The notes under the pieces are model-generated. The model did not search any database. It had not been told where the DNA came from and saw nothing but the letters and a program-made list of their open reading frames with translations. The translations under genes and the position numbers were made by a program. A DNA stretch of 64,000 nt from Myxococcota bacterium (GTDB lineage Bacteria > Myxococcota_A > SURF-8 > G963663525), in NCBI GenBank assembly GCA_963676915.2, contig CAXXVK010000060.1:192001-256000 (forward strand), in the 5' to 3' direction. Position 1 is the first letter of the stretch, and every line of letters begins with the position of its first letter. Positions 40,992-51,583 of the stretch are shown here, piece by piece.

Positions 40992-41022
40992 AAATAAAAA
41001 ATCCCCGCCGGGGCGGGCGGGG
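40992..41022 (-). terminator. Intrinsic terminator downstream of the alpha-2-macroglobulin gene
   Basis: A-tract followed by TCCCCGCC-N-GGCGGGGA; second hairpin at 41031-41059. Confidence 0.65.
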
Positions 41023-41073
41023 ACGAGGTTCGGGCGACCGCTTAAAAGCGGGTCGCCCGCTGAGGGGGCATAG

Positions 41074-44000
41074 TTACTCGGTCACGACGAACTGCTGCGG
41101 CGCGTGGGCGGTTTCCTCCTCGGGGTCGTAGTAAGGATGGACTTCCGCCGGACCACTGGAGCCTTCCATCGGGTAGGTGGCCCGAAGCTGGTAGGTTCCG
41201 ACCCAGGATTGCTGCGGCATCACTTTTTCGATGTAAAGCACGAGTTGCCGTCCCGGATGTTCCCACTTCTGAAGCTGTCCCGCCGCCACCATGTCGTCCA
41301 GCGGTGTCGATACGAGATCGAAGCCCGGCGGCAGTCCGATATCGACGAGCAACATCTTCTGAATGGTGTTGGGCAGGGTGTTGGAAATCGTCACCGTAGC
41401 GGTCACGATATCATCCACCGTGAGTTGGGTTTTGTCGTAGGAAATGTCGATATTCAACGGCCCCTGGATGTCGCTGTAGGGATCGTCGGCCGTCGGCAGC
41501 CAGTAAATCGATACCACCGAGTACATCAGGTTGCCTTCGCCGGTGACCTGAAGCTTGACGCTGTTCTGTCCCGCTTGCAGGTAGTTGGTGATGTCGATGT
41601 CCTGTAGGACTTCCTTGTTGGAATCGTTGACCGTGATGTCACCGGCGTACTGTTCGTTGGCGTAGATGCCGATGGTCGCGTCCGCGCTCTCGACTTCCGC
41701 CCCCAGCGAGGCCAGGAAGAAGCGCAGTGCCTGAATGGTTCCCTGGGTGGAAGACCATTCGCCGAACGCACCCTTCTTGGACAGCAGCCAGTCGGTGATC
41801 GGTCCCATCAGTTCCGTATGGAATCCGGCCTTGATGAACGCCTGCCCGATCAGCGCGGTCAACTCCATCGCCGCACCATCGCCACGGCTGTACATTTCGG
41901 AGGCGCCTTCGGCTTTCCAATGGACGCCGCTTTCGTCCTCGATACGGCTGAGGAACAGATCGTTGAGCACGTCGTAAGCGACCGTATCGTTGGGATCGGC
42001 ACTCAAAATGGCGTGGGCGATCAACGCACGGGTGTAATCGTCCTGGGCTTCGGAACGGTGGCTCTTGATCCAGTTGATCGAGCGCGTCACGTCGCTCCCG
42101 GTGCGGCCCGTTTCCGTAAGCGCCCAGACAATATAGGCCGTGGTGCGCAGGTGGGAATCGGTGAAGTTGTTCGTTGCACCTTCGTGGATGCCGCCCGCGT
42201 CGAACTCGTAATGGCCATCGGATTCGACCAGCGTCAGCAACCAGTCCTGGGTCCGGGTAATGACCGCCGGGTCCACATCATGCACCATGGACATATCGTG
42301 GAATTCCATCAGGCCGTAGGCGGTGAGAACGCGGTGGGCCGGGTCGCTGCCGAACCACTCGAAACCGCCGCCATCTACTTCGTAGCTCAACAGACGCTGG
42401 TACCCCTGGTTGATGTACTCGCGGGCCTTCAGTTCGATTTCCGGGGTGTTCTGCTCGGTCTGCACGAGGTAGTCGAGCACCAGCACGTTGGGATAGGTCG
42501 AGGAAGAAGTTTGTTCGAAGCAACCCGAAGGCATTTGCAGCATCGAGTCCAGTCCTTCGACCACCTGGGAGAACAGACCGGGATAGATTTTGACCAGCAG
42601 GTGGTTTCCGCCCTCGATGGCATTTTCGGGCATCGCCACGTTGACGGTAACATCCCCGGTCAGACGGGCGGATTTCGCTTCGCGGAATTCTTTGCCGTCG
42701 GGCATCACCTGGATGCTGCGCTCGATGGCGTCGGCGGCTAGAGGATCTTCACCGAAAGCGGTGGCTTTGAAGGTAAACGTTCCGACTTTGAGCACTTCGA
42801 CGGGGAAGTAAAAGCCTTTGACCGAATTCGGAGCCACGGTCACGGTAACCGAACGTTCGCCGAGGAAACGCACCCATTCGCCCGCTTCGGCTTCCAGGGT
42901 GACTTCCTGCTCTTCGGTCAGGTAGTTGTAGACCACCACCGGCACATGCACGATGTCGTTCTGGGTCAGCGTAGCGGGGAAGTCGATATCCACGAAAAAG
43001 TCTTTGAAAACGATGATGTTACCAACATTCGAGCCGATTTGGCCACGCAACGAGGAAGCCAGCGCGGTCATGCGCCAGGACGTGATCGAGTCGGCCATCA
43101 GCACGTTGAGTTCGGCTTTGCCGTCGTCGTCGGTGATGACTTCGGGATCGACGAACAGGGTTTCGGGGAACCAGGTACGGACGTGAACCTCGGGGTCTTC
43201 TCCCTCATCCTCGGTGCCTTTGCCCTCGTTGGGTTCTTCAGCACTGGGTTCGGCCCAGTTTCCACCACCGGCCTGATCGCCGTCCAGCGCCAATCCGTCG
43301 TCCCAACGCCCTTCATCGCCTTCATGTCCGAAGTAGCCGTCGTAGAAGTAAAAATAGCTTTGCATCGTCACGTCGTCTTCGCTGTTCCATTTTTCGTCCA
43401 GACCTGCGCTGGTCATTTTGAAGACATAATTGTTGGTATCCAGTTCGAAGCGGTAGGCATGACCCCAGGGGTCGTAGACGAACTGCGACGAATTACGGGT
43501 CTGCACCCAGTCTTCGAGGTCCGAAATTTCCGTAATCACACCACTGTTGGCCATGGCCTGCATGAAGCCGAGCAACTCTTCCATGTCGCTTTGTACGGCT
43601 GTTTCGGCAATGGTTTTGGCGCTGGCGGCTACAGCGGCGAAGGTATCGATGTTCACGCCGTAGGCTTCGTCGCTGCCGGTGGCGGCAAGGTAGACTTCGG
43701 CCAGCGCTTCGCGCTCCTGAGCTTCGGTGGCGTCTTCGGGTTCAGGTTCCAGAAGATCCGAGCTGGAAAATCCGTGAATCTCGTAACGCGGCGTCATCAA
43801 TTCCTCTTCCAGAGAGAAATACACTTTTTCCAGGCCCGGTTTCATATCGGACAGGGCATAAACGGCTTCGTCGACCACCTGAACGCCGACCACGGCAGGC
43901 ACGCCGTTGCCTTCGTCATCGCGAACCTGCAATTCGATTCCGGCGACTTCGCGGGGCAGGAAGGTTTCTTTGTCGGGATCGGTCGGCTTGATTTCGACGG

Positions 44001-46002
44001 TCAGCGAGTTGGCCAACTCGACGAAGGCCAGCTTGCGGTCGCGAATGATCTGGCTGTCGCCACCGAGATAGTAACCCATCAACTCGATGGTACCGGAAAT
44101 GGTGGGATCGAGAGTCAGGGTGTAAGTTCCTTTGCCGTTTTCCAACTCAACGATGGTCATGAGATAGGTCTGGCCGTTTTTGATCAGGTCCAGATAGACC
44201 CGATCCGGCATGTGGGCGGCTTCCCAGCCGTCATTGGTGGCAACGACCTCGATCTGCATCGAATCCCCTACCTTATAAATGGGGCGATCGGTACGAACAA
44301 TGACGTATTCGTGGGTAGATTCCGGTGTGAAATCAAAGGTTTTCTTGACCGAATCGCCGTTGGAAGTTTTGGCTTCCACTTCCAGGCGAACGTCGCTGTC
44401 ATCGGTGGTGACTTCCGGTGTAAAACGGAACTCGGCCAGTCCCTGGGCATCGGTTTCGACCTCGGCCACAGTGGTGTCACCGGATTTCACGGTAGCGCTC
44501 AGCGCCAGCGGGCGTCCCAAAGGATTCGTGCCCAGCAGGAAGAAGCGGTTTTCGACTCCCGGCACGACAGAACCGGTTTCGGGAACCACGGTGACGGCCA
44601 AAGCGTCGTCCACGACAAGCAGGGTTTCGTTTTTCACAAGCTTATGACCGGCGGAATCCACGACGGTGATTTCCAAAAAGGCATAGGCTCCGCCCTGGTC
44701 CAGCGCCGAACCGACGAAGTAGGAAGGAAGCGAAAGGTCGAAGTCGAAGGAACCTTCGTCGTTGAATTGACCGTTCACCGTCTGAAATGGCACCATTTCC
44801 ACATCGAAGGTGCTGGCGATGATCTGCACGTCACCCGCTACGGGCTTTCCGAAAAAGTAATCGGCTTGGATACCGGCATGCACCACTTCGCCCGGCTGAT
44901 ACCAGGAACTGTCGGCGGAAAACTCCACGGCGTACTTGGGAAGAGCGTATTTCTCGACGGTAACCGTCTTTTCGGCTGCGAAATCGCCGACTTCGGCGGT
45001 AATCGTGTATTCGCCTTCATTAACCAGCGAGGCCAGCCGCCAGCTTGTGGCCGCCACACCCCATTCACTGGTTTCACCCTGTTCCTTGAACACTTTGTTG
45101 CCCTTGGGATCGGTCACCCAGAAGGTCACGGGCGTACCTTCCACGGGAACCAGCAAAGGACGCCGCAGGGCTAGCGCACGCATGTGAATCAATTGACCGG
45201 GCTGGTACATCGGCTTGTCGGTGGTGAGCAGGATCTTGCTCTCGCGCTCGATCACCACGCCCGCGACCGTCTGCTTATTGCTGCCGTCGGGGGCTTGAAC
45301 GTCCACCGAAAGATCGCGAGAACCGAACTCGCCATCGGGAAGCGAGACTTTGATATCGGCCATGCCCATTTCGTCGGTGGTGGCCTGGATCAGATCCTGG
45401 CTGTTGCCATCGGCATCCACGAGGGCGATGTTGGCGGTGGCGCCTTCGACCGGTTTTCCGTTGTTGGGGTTGCGCGCCAGCACTTTATAGTAGCTTTCAC
45501 CGGCCTCGAACAGCTTCGAGCTGCCCATGACTTTGACCTGCACGAAACGGTAGGTGGAGAACAGCGAGCGCGTACCCCAGATGCGACCGTCGTTGCTACG
45601 GGCATCGAAACGCAGGATGTAAGACGCCGATGCTTCGTCATCGAAGTCTGCGGGCAGGCCGTCTAAGGTGATTTCCTGAACCGCTTCACCTTCATCCTGA
45701 GTGATTTCCAGAGAGTTTTTAAGGACTTCCTGGTTCTGGATGTCATCAAGGTACACGTCCAGGACAAATTTCGACGATCCGTCTTTAACTTCGATCGGCA
45801 CGAAAACGGAAAGCTGAGAACCTTCGGCTACGGCTTCGATTCGTTCCTCATCGATGGCGAGGTTGCCGCTTTGCCAGTTGTCGCCAGGACCGAGTTCGAC
45901 ATTGCCGTCGTCGTTGTTATTGCCGCTGTCATTCGAGCAGCCGGGAAAACCGCCCCAGGCAACAAACGCCCACAGCAGCAATAGCAGGCTCAGTTTCTTC
46001 AT
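41074..46002 (-). CDS. Alpha-2-macroglobulin family thioester lipoprotein
   Basis: Lipobox-like FPGC; TDKPMYQPG (MG2), VRTWFPETL, DSITSW, thioester GCFEQ, GYQRLL, DIGLPPGF. Confidence 0.95.
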   Translation of the reverse strand: MKKLSLLLLLWAFVAWGGFPGCSNDSGNNNDDGNVELGPGDNWQSGNLAIDEERIEAVAEGSQLSVFVPIEVKDGSSKFVLDVYLDDIQNQEVLKNSLEITQDEGEAVQEITLDGLPADFDDEASASYILRFDARSNDGRIWGTRSLFSTYRFVQVKVMGSSKLFEAGESYYKVLARNPNNGKPVEGATANIALVDADGNSQDLIQATTDEMGMADIKVSLPDGEFGSRDLSVDVQAPDGSNKQTVAGVVIERESKILLTTDKPMYQPGQLIHMRALALRRPLLVPVEGTPVTFWVTDPKGNKVFKEQGETSEWGVAATSWRLASLVNEGEYTITAEVGDFAAEKTVTVEKYALPKYAVEFSADSSWYQPGEVVHAGIQADYFFGKPVAGDVQIIASTFDVEMVPFQTVNGQFNDEGSFDFDLSLPSYFVGSALDQGGAYAFLEITVVDSAGHKLVKNETLLVVDDALAVTVVPETGSVVPGVENRFFLLGTNPLGRPLALSATVKSGDTTVAEVETDAQGLAEFRFTPEVTTDDSDVRLEVEAKTSNGDSVKKTFDFTPESTHEYVIVRTDRPIYKVGDSMQIEVVATNDGWEAAHMPDRVYLDLIKNGQTYLMTIVELENGKGTYTLTLDPTISGTIELMGYYLGGDSQIIRDRKLAFVELANSLTVEIKPTDPDKETFLPREVAGIELQVRDDEGNGVPAVVGVQVVDEAVYALSDMKPGLEKVYFSLEEELMTPRYEIHGFSSSDLLEPEPEDATEAQEREALAEVYLAATGSDEAYGVNIDTFAAVAASAKTIAETAVQSDMEELLGFMQAMANSGVITEISDLEDWVQTRNSSQFVYDPWGHAYRFELDTNNYVFKMTSAGLDEKWNSEDDVTMQSYFYFYDGYFGHEGDEGRWDDGLALDGDQAGGGNWAEPSAEEPNEGKGTEDEGEDPEVHVRTWFPETLFVDPEVITDDDGKAELNVLMADSITSWRMTALASSLRGQIGSNVGNIIVFKDFFVDIDFPATLTQNDIVHVPVVVYNYLTEEQEVTLEAEAGEWVRFLGERSVTVTVAPNSVKGFYFPVEVLKVGTFTFKATAFGEDPLAADAIERSIQVMPDGKEFREAKSARLTGDVTVNVAMPENAIEGGNHLLVKIYPGLFSQVVEGLDSMLQMPSGCFEQTSSSTYPNVLVLDYLVQTEQNTPEIELKAREYINQGYQRLLSYEVDGGGFEWFGSDPAHRVLTAYGLMEFHDMSMVHDVDPAVITRTQDWLLTLVESDGHYEFDAGGIHEGATNNFTDSHLRTTAYIVWALTETGRTGSDVTRSINWIKSHRSEAQDDYTRALIAHAILSADPNDTVAYDVLNDLFLSRIEDESGVHWKAEGASEMYSRGDGAAMELTALIGQAFIKAGFHTELMGPITDWLLSKKGAFGEWSSTQGTIQALRFFLASLGAEVESADATIGIYANEQYAGDITVNDSNKEVLQDIDITNYLQAGQNSVKLQVTGEGNLMYSVVSIYWLPTADDPYSDIQGPLNIDISYDKTQLTVDDIVTATVTISNTLPNTIQKMLLVDIGLPPGFDLVSTPLDDMVAAGQLQKWEHPGRQLVLYIEKVMPQQSWVGTYQLRATYPMEGSSGPAEVHPYYDPEEETAHAPQQFVVTE

Positions 46003-46082
46003 GATGTACCCCTTTCTATCCAGTCAAAAGCTTTAAAAACTTTACACATCGCTAAATGGTTTTTGTAACCTTGATAATAGCA

Positions 46083-46099
46083 AGCAAATAGCAAGCCAA
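46083..46099 (-). promoter_or_regulatory. Sigma54 promoter of the alpha-2-macroglobulin gene
   Basis: Minus strand TTGGCTTGCTATTTGCT (GG-N10-GC); IHF-like ATTCAATAAGTTA at about 46137-46149. Confidence 0.7.
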
Positions 46100-46309
46100 G
46101 ACGGGACATTTTTCAGAACCTCTCAAAGATCAATCAATTCAATAAGTTATACTGTTATTGGGATTTTCTTTGGCGGACTTCTCGTTTTTTGTCAATCTCT
46201 CTTGACAACCGAAGTGTACAGTTTTCGAGAAGCCTTCGTTCGCTTTCGATTGGATATCATGGTATGGCACCCTGAAAACATGCAAAGGTTTGGGTCGAAG
46301 GAAAATCGT

Positions 46310-47923
46310 ATGAGAAATTGTATTTATTTAACGATTACAATCTGTTGGATGTCTATGTGCATGATTCTCGGCTGTAGCACCGACGCTGGAACGACTCCAT
46401 CGGGTGGCGACACGGAATCCGACAGCCTAGAAGAATCCGAAACCCTGGAACAAGCGCTGTCCTTCGAGTTTGTCCGAACGGACGACTCGGAACCTCTGGA
46501 AGAGGAACAAACCCGGCAATTCAGCGAAACGATGCGCGATTTCTACCGATCCACCGGGTATTTCGACTGGCTGCTTCGAATGAGTCACGGGGTCGATGCC
46601 TCTACCGGCAAACGGGATTATCGCTTGTGGTGGGGAGATACCCATGCCCTCAAGGAAAACGGAGTCGTGACCATCGTTCACGATTATTCGGAAGAACACG
46701 GTGGCCACAATATTCTCAAGTCCAATTCGATGATTCTGGCCTCCGTCATCGGCGGGTATCTGATCACCGGAGATGCGACCTTGGCGAAGCTGTCCGAGTT
46801 GTACTGCAAGGGGATTTCCTCGACCATGCTGGGTATGGTTCACGACGAGTCGGACGACATTCACCATCTGATGGCCCGGAATGTCGTGACGTTCAACCAC
46901 GAATATACGACGCACGACGGGTACTCGAAAGCCGTGGATTATTCCAACTGGTTCTTTTCCTACGACCGCTGGAATTGCTCGCGATTTCAGTATGTTGACA
47001 ATCCTTATTGGGGTGAGGTCTGGGTAACGAACACCCGCTCGAAAGACGGAATGGGCTACCTTTTTCTAGCCACTTCGGCGGTTCGGGAGGCGATGCTTAG
47101 AGCCGGTGATGAAGCGGTTCGCGATGCCTGTGGGGAAACGTTCGAGTTGCTACAGGAGTTTGCCGGGGATATCGTCGAGCACGACGACCGCATCCGCACC
47201 AAGGACGCCGACGGTGTGGCCTACATCCCCGGAGCGGATACCGGCCCCCCGGAGGCGGATACGGGGGATCTGGCGTCGTTCACGGCCTGGGATCTTCTCT
47301 TTCCCGACGCCGAATGCAACAACAAGCAAGTGGTTCGTCTGATTGCCCATGACGAACCGCGAGAAACACCCTGCACGCCCTTCGGTGGCGATCCGATCTA
47401 CGAAATTCAGTCGATTCAACATAATGCCCCCAATGGACACATCATGCGGGCGTATCATATCGCTTTGATTCGCTGGGCTTTGAATCATGGATACGACGAT
47501 ATGGCACGGACTTCTCTGGAAGGTTTGGAAGAACGTTTCGAACGGGATCGCACGATGGATTTGTCCAAGGTGAATTCGGCCCCGGACCGCTGGTTAAGGG
47601 ATATCGCCATCAACTGGATTCAAGCGGCAGGGGCGGGTTATCCGTTGACCGCCGAGGAAGTACGACAGGTTCATGAGTATTTTACTCGGGCCGTCGAGAC
47701 GTTTTCGGCGTTTCCCGAATGGAATCTCTGGGACGCTTCCCTATCGGACGGGGAATACGATTGGAAACCACCCAGTTCGAAAACATTGGACAGCGGAGAA
47801 CAAATCCAATGGATGGGCGCAGAGTCGATGGGGCTGTTGTTGGAATACTGCCTCTCTCCTTACAAAAATCCTGCTGGGGTGGACTTGGTGGATTGCGATA
47901 TCCTGGCGGAATTTGTAAAATAG
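46310..47923 (+). CDS. Uncharacterised lipoprotein
   Basis: Signal ..MILGC, acidic linker, about 480-aa aromatic-rich domain; GAAGGA RBS; no family recognised. Confidence 0.75.
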   Translation: MRNCIYLTITICWMSMCMILGCSTDAGTTPSGGDTESDSLEESETLEQALSFEFVRTDDSEPLEEEQTRQFSETMRDFYRSTGYFDWLLRMSHGVDASTGKRDYRLWWGDTHALKENGVVTIVHDYSEEHGGHNILKSNSMILASVIGGYLITGDATLAKLSELYCKGISSTMLGMVHDESDDIHHLMARNVVTFNHEYTTHDGYSKAVDYSNWFFSYDRWNCSRFQYVDNPYWGEVWVTNTRSKDGMGYLFLATSAVREAMLRAGDEAVRDACGETFELLQEFAGDIVEHDDRIRTKDADGVAYIPGADTGPPEADTGDLASFTAWDLLFPDAECNNKQVVRLIAHDEPRETPCTPFGGDPIYEIQSIQHNAPNGHIMRAYHIALIRWALNHGYDDMARTSLEGLEERFERDRTMDLSKVNSAPDRWLRDIAINWIQAAGAGYPLTAEEVRQVHEYFTRAVETFSAFPEWNLWDASLSDGEYDWKPPSSKTLDSGEQIQWMGAESMGLLLEYCLSPYKNPAGVDLVDCDILAEFVK

Positions 47924-48057
47924 CTTTTCAAGCTACGAACATCGATGGCATATCCTTTCGATAAACCATAAAAAGGATAGATGAATTCACAAACGAATGG
48001 CGAAGTGTATTCGTCGAAGAAATCCTAATTTTCCGCTTTTGGCAGCATGAGGATGCT

Positions 48058-48807
48058 ATGGAAAACGTCGTACAGCAGGTCGTATCGTTTTTTGTCCGCA
48101 ACTTTCCATCCACAACATTGCTGTTGACCTTGGGACCGTTGGGAATTGGCTGGTCTCTGTGTTGCCTGTGGTTTGCCGGAAAACTGAAAAGAGATCATGG
48201 ATGGAAAACAGGTTATTCTCGCAAAACCTTTCATTTCCTTACATTTTTCAGCGTCGCGATTCTCCAGGTTACATTGGGAACTCCGGCAGTATGCTTGTTT
48301 GGAGGCATGACGAGTCTCGTCATTCTGTACAGCCTGATCCAAGGGGATGGAAATGTTCTTTACGAAGCGATGGCGCGTGAAAAGGACGCACCGCACCGAA
48401 CGTATTTCATTGTAGCGCCTTATTTTGCAACGTTGACAGGTGGACTCCTGGGGAACATCTTGTTTACGCAAGCCGCTTTGATAGGATACCTTGCCGCAGG
48501 AGTTGGCGACGCGGCGGGAGAGGTTGTAGGCACCCGTTTCGGGCGGCATATCTATAAAGTAAAGGGATTACGCGGAGTCGAGGCTATTCGTTCTTGGGAA
48601 GGCTCTGCCGGAGTTTTCATTTTCTGCCTGCTTGCGCTGTGTTTGGGAGTTTCGATTTCCCCGATTTTTTCATTTTCGTTGAGTTCTTTCTATTTACTTC
48701 CTGCAATTGCCCTTGTCTGTGCTGTTGTAGAGGCGGTTTCTCCCCATGGTTGGGATAATTTCACCATGCAGGTCATTCCTTCCGGGTTGGCGCTTCTCTT
48801 CTTGTAG
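48058..48807 (+). CDS. CTP-dependent polyprenol/phytol/diacylglycerol kinase family membrane protein
   Basis: SRKTFH, GVGDAAGEVVGTRFG, RSWEGS, GWDNF. Confidence 0.82.
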   Translation: MENVVQQVVSFFVRNFPSTTLLLTLGPLGIGWSLCCLWFAGKLKRDHGWKTGYSRKTFHFLTFFSVAILQVTLGTPAVCLFGGMTSLVILYSLIQGDGNVLYEAMAREKDAPHRTYFIVAPYFATLTGGLLGNILFTQAALIGYLAAGVGDAAGEVVGTRFGRHIYKVKGLRGVEAIRSWEGSAGVFIFCLLALCLGVSISPIFSFSLSSFYLLPAIALVCAVVEAVSPHGWDNFTMQVIPSGLALLFL

Positions 48808-48843
48808 AAACCGTAATTTCAAAGATTTCCCCGAAAATCAGCC

Positions 48844-48878
48844 AAAAAAACGGCCTGAGGGTTTGCCCCTCAGGCCGT
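48844..48878 (-). terminator. Intrinsic terminator of lon
   Basis: A7-CGGCCTGAGGG-TTTGC-CCCTCAGGCCG. Confidence 0.8.
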
Positions 48879-48904
48879 CATGATTTCAGGTAAGTATCGA
48901 AGAC

Positions 48905-51418
48905 TTACGCCGTTCCGGAGTGGGAATCGGCATCCAGTCCAAAGGCTTTGCCGGGAGAGGTTTTGGCTCCCCGCCAGGGTCGCGCCAAGGCGATATCCAA
49001 CACTTCGTCCATGTGGGAAACCAGGTGCAGATTCATGGCTTTGCGAATGTTGGCCGGAACTTCTTTGAGGTCTTTTTCGTTTTCGGCAGGCAAAATCACG
49101 TCTTTGATGTTGTAACGATGGGCGGCCATGATTTTCTCTTTGACCCCACCGATGGGCAACACGCGGCCACGCAGAGTGATTTCACCAGTCATCGCGACGT
49201 CATGACGCACGGGAATGCCGGAAACCGCCGACATCAGTGTCGTGATGATCGTCACACCGGCAGAGGGTCCATCCTTGGGTACGGCACCCTCGGGGGCGTG
49301 AATGTGGATATCGATGTTCTGGAAGAAATCGCGGTCCAGACCCAGCGCATCGGCCTGAGCTTTAACCCACGACAGCGCCGCCTGTCCCGATTCCTTCATC
49401 ACATCGCCGAGTTTACCGGTGAGCATCAACCCGCCCTTGCCATGGGAAATCAGCGTCTCGATCTGCAACAGCACGCCACCCACTTCGGTCCAGGCCAGAC
49501 CGTTGGACAGCCCGATGCGATCTTCTTTTTCCACCGGATCCTTGAGGAATTTCTGCACGCCGAGCAGTTTCCCCAAATGCTGTGCCGTGATTTTATGCTG
49601 TTGCTTTTTGTCGGCTTTTTTTCCTTCTTTAAGCACCTGAACCGCCGTTTTGCGCATCAGCTTAGCGATTTCACGCTCCAGGTTACGCACACCGGCTTCA
49701 CGAGTGTAGCCGTTGACGATATCCAGCAGCGCACCATCGGTAATCGACACGTTGAAATCGGCCAGACCGTTGGCTTTCTGCTGTTTCGGAATCAGGTAAC
49801 GCTTGGCGATTTCAAGCTTTTCGTGCTCGGTGTAACCGGGCAGCTCGATGATTTCCATCCGGTCTTTCAACGCGGGTGGAATGTTTTGCAGGTAATTCGC
49901 CGTGGTGAGGAACATCACCTTGGACAAGTCGTAATCGACATCCAGATAGTGATCGTTGAAGTTGTGATTCTGCTCGGGGTCGAGGGCTTCGAGCAAAGCA
50001 CTCGACGGATCGCCCCGGTAATCGGAGCTGAGTTTGTCCACTTCGTCGAGCAAAAACACGGGGTTGCAGGCACCCGCTTTTTTCATGCTCTGGATCAGTT
50101 TGCCCGGCAGCGCTCCGATGTAGGTCCGGCGGTGGCCGCGAATCTCGGCTTCGTCCCGCACGCCACCGAGTGACAGACGGACGAACTTGCGCCCCGTGGC
50201 GCGAGCGATAGACATGGCGATGGATGTTTTACCGACGCCGGGAGGACCGACGAAGCAAAGGATCGGTCCTTTCAACTCACCCACCAGACTGTGCACGGCA
50301 AGGTATTCGAGAATGCGTTCTTTGGGCTTTTCGAGGCCGTAGTGATCCTCTTCAAGCACCTCGTTGGCATGGTCGATGTCGTTGATTTCGTCGGTGTAGC
50401 TATCCCAGGGCACCGACAGCATCCAATCGAGATAATTGCGCACCACAGTCGCTTCGGCGCTCATCGGCGACATCATTTTGAGTTTTTTCAACTCTTTGGT
50501 CGCCTTCGTGCGAGCTTCCTCGCTGAGTGCGGTTGTCTCGATGAGTTCTTCCAACTCATTCAATTCATTACGGAATTCGTCCTGCTCGGAGCCGTCGCGA
50601 GGTGGTCCTTCCGGGGGCATGCCCGGCGGTCCCTGGCGATCCATCTGCTTTTTGATCCGAGACTTGATGCGTCGTTCCACCTGAAGAATTTCGATCTCGC
50701 GCTGGAGGATTTCGTACAGTTTCTCCAACCGCTCGATGGGATCGACCGTTTCCAGAAGATCCTGACGTTCTTTGATTTTCAGGTTGAGCGACAGCACGAT
50801 GGTGTCGGCAAAATGCGAAGGATTGGCAATGGCGTTGAGCGACTTGAGCACGTCCTTCGGAATCTTTTTGGCGTGGTCCAGATAGGTTTCGAACGACGAG
50901 GTCACCGAACGGCGCAGCGCTTTGAGTTCCACGTTGTCGGAAACCGTCTCGTCCAGACGCTCCACCTCAACTTCGAAGTAATCGGAGGTACGGGTATACA
51001 CATCGATATTGACCCGCTGAATTCCCTCGACCAGCACCCGGATGGTTCCATCGGGAAGTTTCAGGATCTGGTTGATTTTACTAAGGGTTCCGACGGAAAA
51101 GACATCTTTGGGGTCCGGCTCGTTCTGTTTCGGCAGTTTCTGGGTGGCGAGCACGATTTCCTTGTTGCGCGCCATTGCCTTGTTTAATGCGTTGATTGAT
51201 CGCTCCCGACCGACGAACAGCGGGACCATCATTTGCGGAAAAATCACGACATCGCGCAACGGTAAAAGCGGATACACGTTTTCTCGCGGGGGTGTCGAGT
51301 CTTTGTTGTTTGCTGAACTCATCGAATCTACATCCTTTCGGAAAACCGCCGACGAAAACGCCTGCGGTGTCGTATCTCTTGACTCGGGTTCGGGCTGCGC
51401 TTCGTTTCGTGAATTCAA
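48905..51418 (-). CDS. lon: ATP-dependent protease La (LonA)
   Basis: [43 protein letters not shown]; alternative start ATG 51322. Confidence 0.96.
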   Translation of the reverse strand: MNSRNEAQPEPESRDTTPQAFSSAVFRKDVDSMSSANNKDSTPPRENVYPLLPLRDVVIFPQMMVPLFVGRERSINALNKAMARNKEIVLATQKLPKQNEPDPKDVFSVGTLSKINQILKLPDGTIRVLVEGIQRVNIDVYTRTSDYFEVEVERLDETVSDNVELKALRRSVTSSFETYLDHAKKIPKDVLKSLNAIANPSHFADTIVLSLNLKIKERQDLLETVDPIERLEKLYEILQREIEILQVERRIKSRIKKQMDRQGPPGMPPEGPPRDGSEQDEFRNELNELEELIETTALSEEARTKATKELKKLKMMSPMSAEATVVRNYLDWMLSVPWDSYTDEINDIDHANEVLEEDHYGLEKPKERILEYLAVHSLVGELKGPILCFVGPPGVGKTSIAMSIARATGRKFVRLSLGGVRDEAEIRGHRRTYIGALPGKLIQSMKKAGACNPVFLLDEVDKLSSDYRGDPSSALLEALDPEQNHNFNDHYLDVDYDLSKVMFLTTANYLQNIPPALKDRMEIIELPGYTEHEKLEIAKRYLIPKQQKANGLADFNVSITDGALLDIVNGYTREAGVRNLEREIAKLMRKTAVQVLKEGKKADKKQQHKITAQHLGKLLGVQKFLKDPVEKEDRIGLSNGLAWTEVGGVLLQIETLISHGKGGLMLTGKLGDVMKESGQAALSWVKAQADALGLDRDFFQNIDIHIHAPEGAVPKDGPSAGVTIITTLMSAVSGIPVRHDVAMTGEITLRGRVLPIGGVKEKIMAAHRYNIKDVILPAENEKDLKEVPANIRKAMNLHLVSHMDEVLDIALARPWRGAKTSPGKAFGLDADSHSGTA

Positions 51419-51583
51419 CAGCCTCCCAGTTTAATAGTAGGCTTTTTTTGCGCCGAAGCAAGCGTAAAAACGCTGCCCACGTCCCCCGTTTTCAAATCTT
51501 TTGTAATGAATTCAACGAGTTACTTCCTAAAGAAAAAGCGCTGAATCCATGAGTTCGATCGGATGATCGGCTTGGAGGGTATC

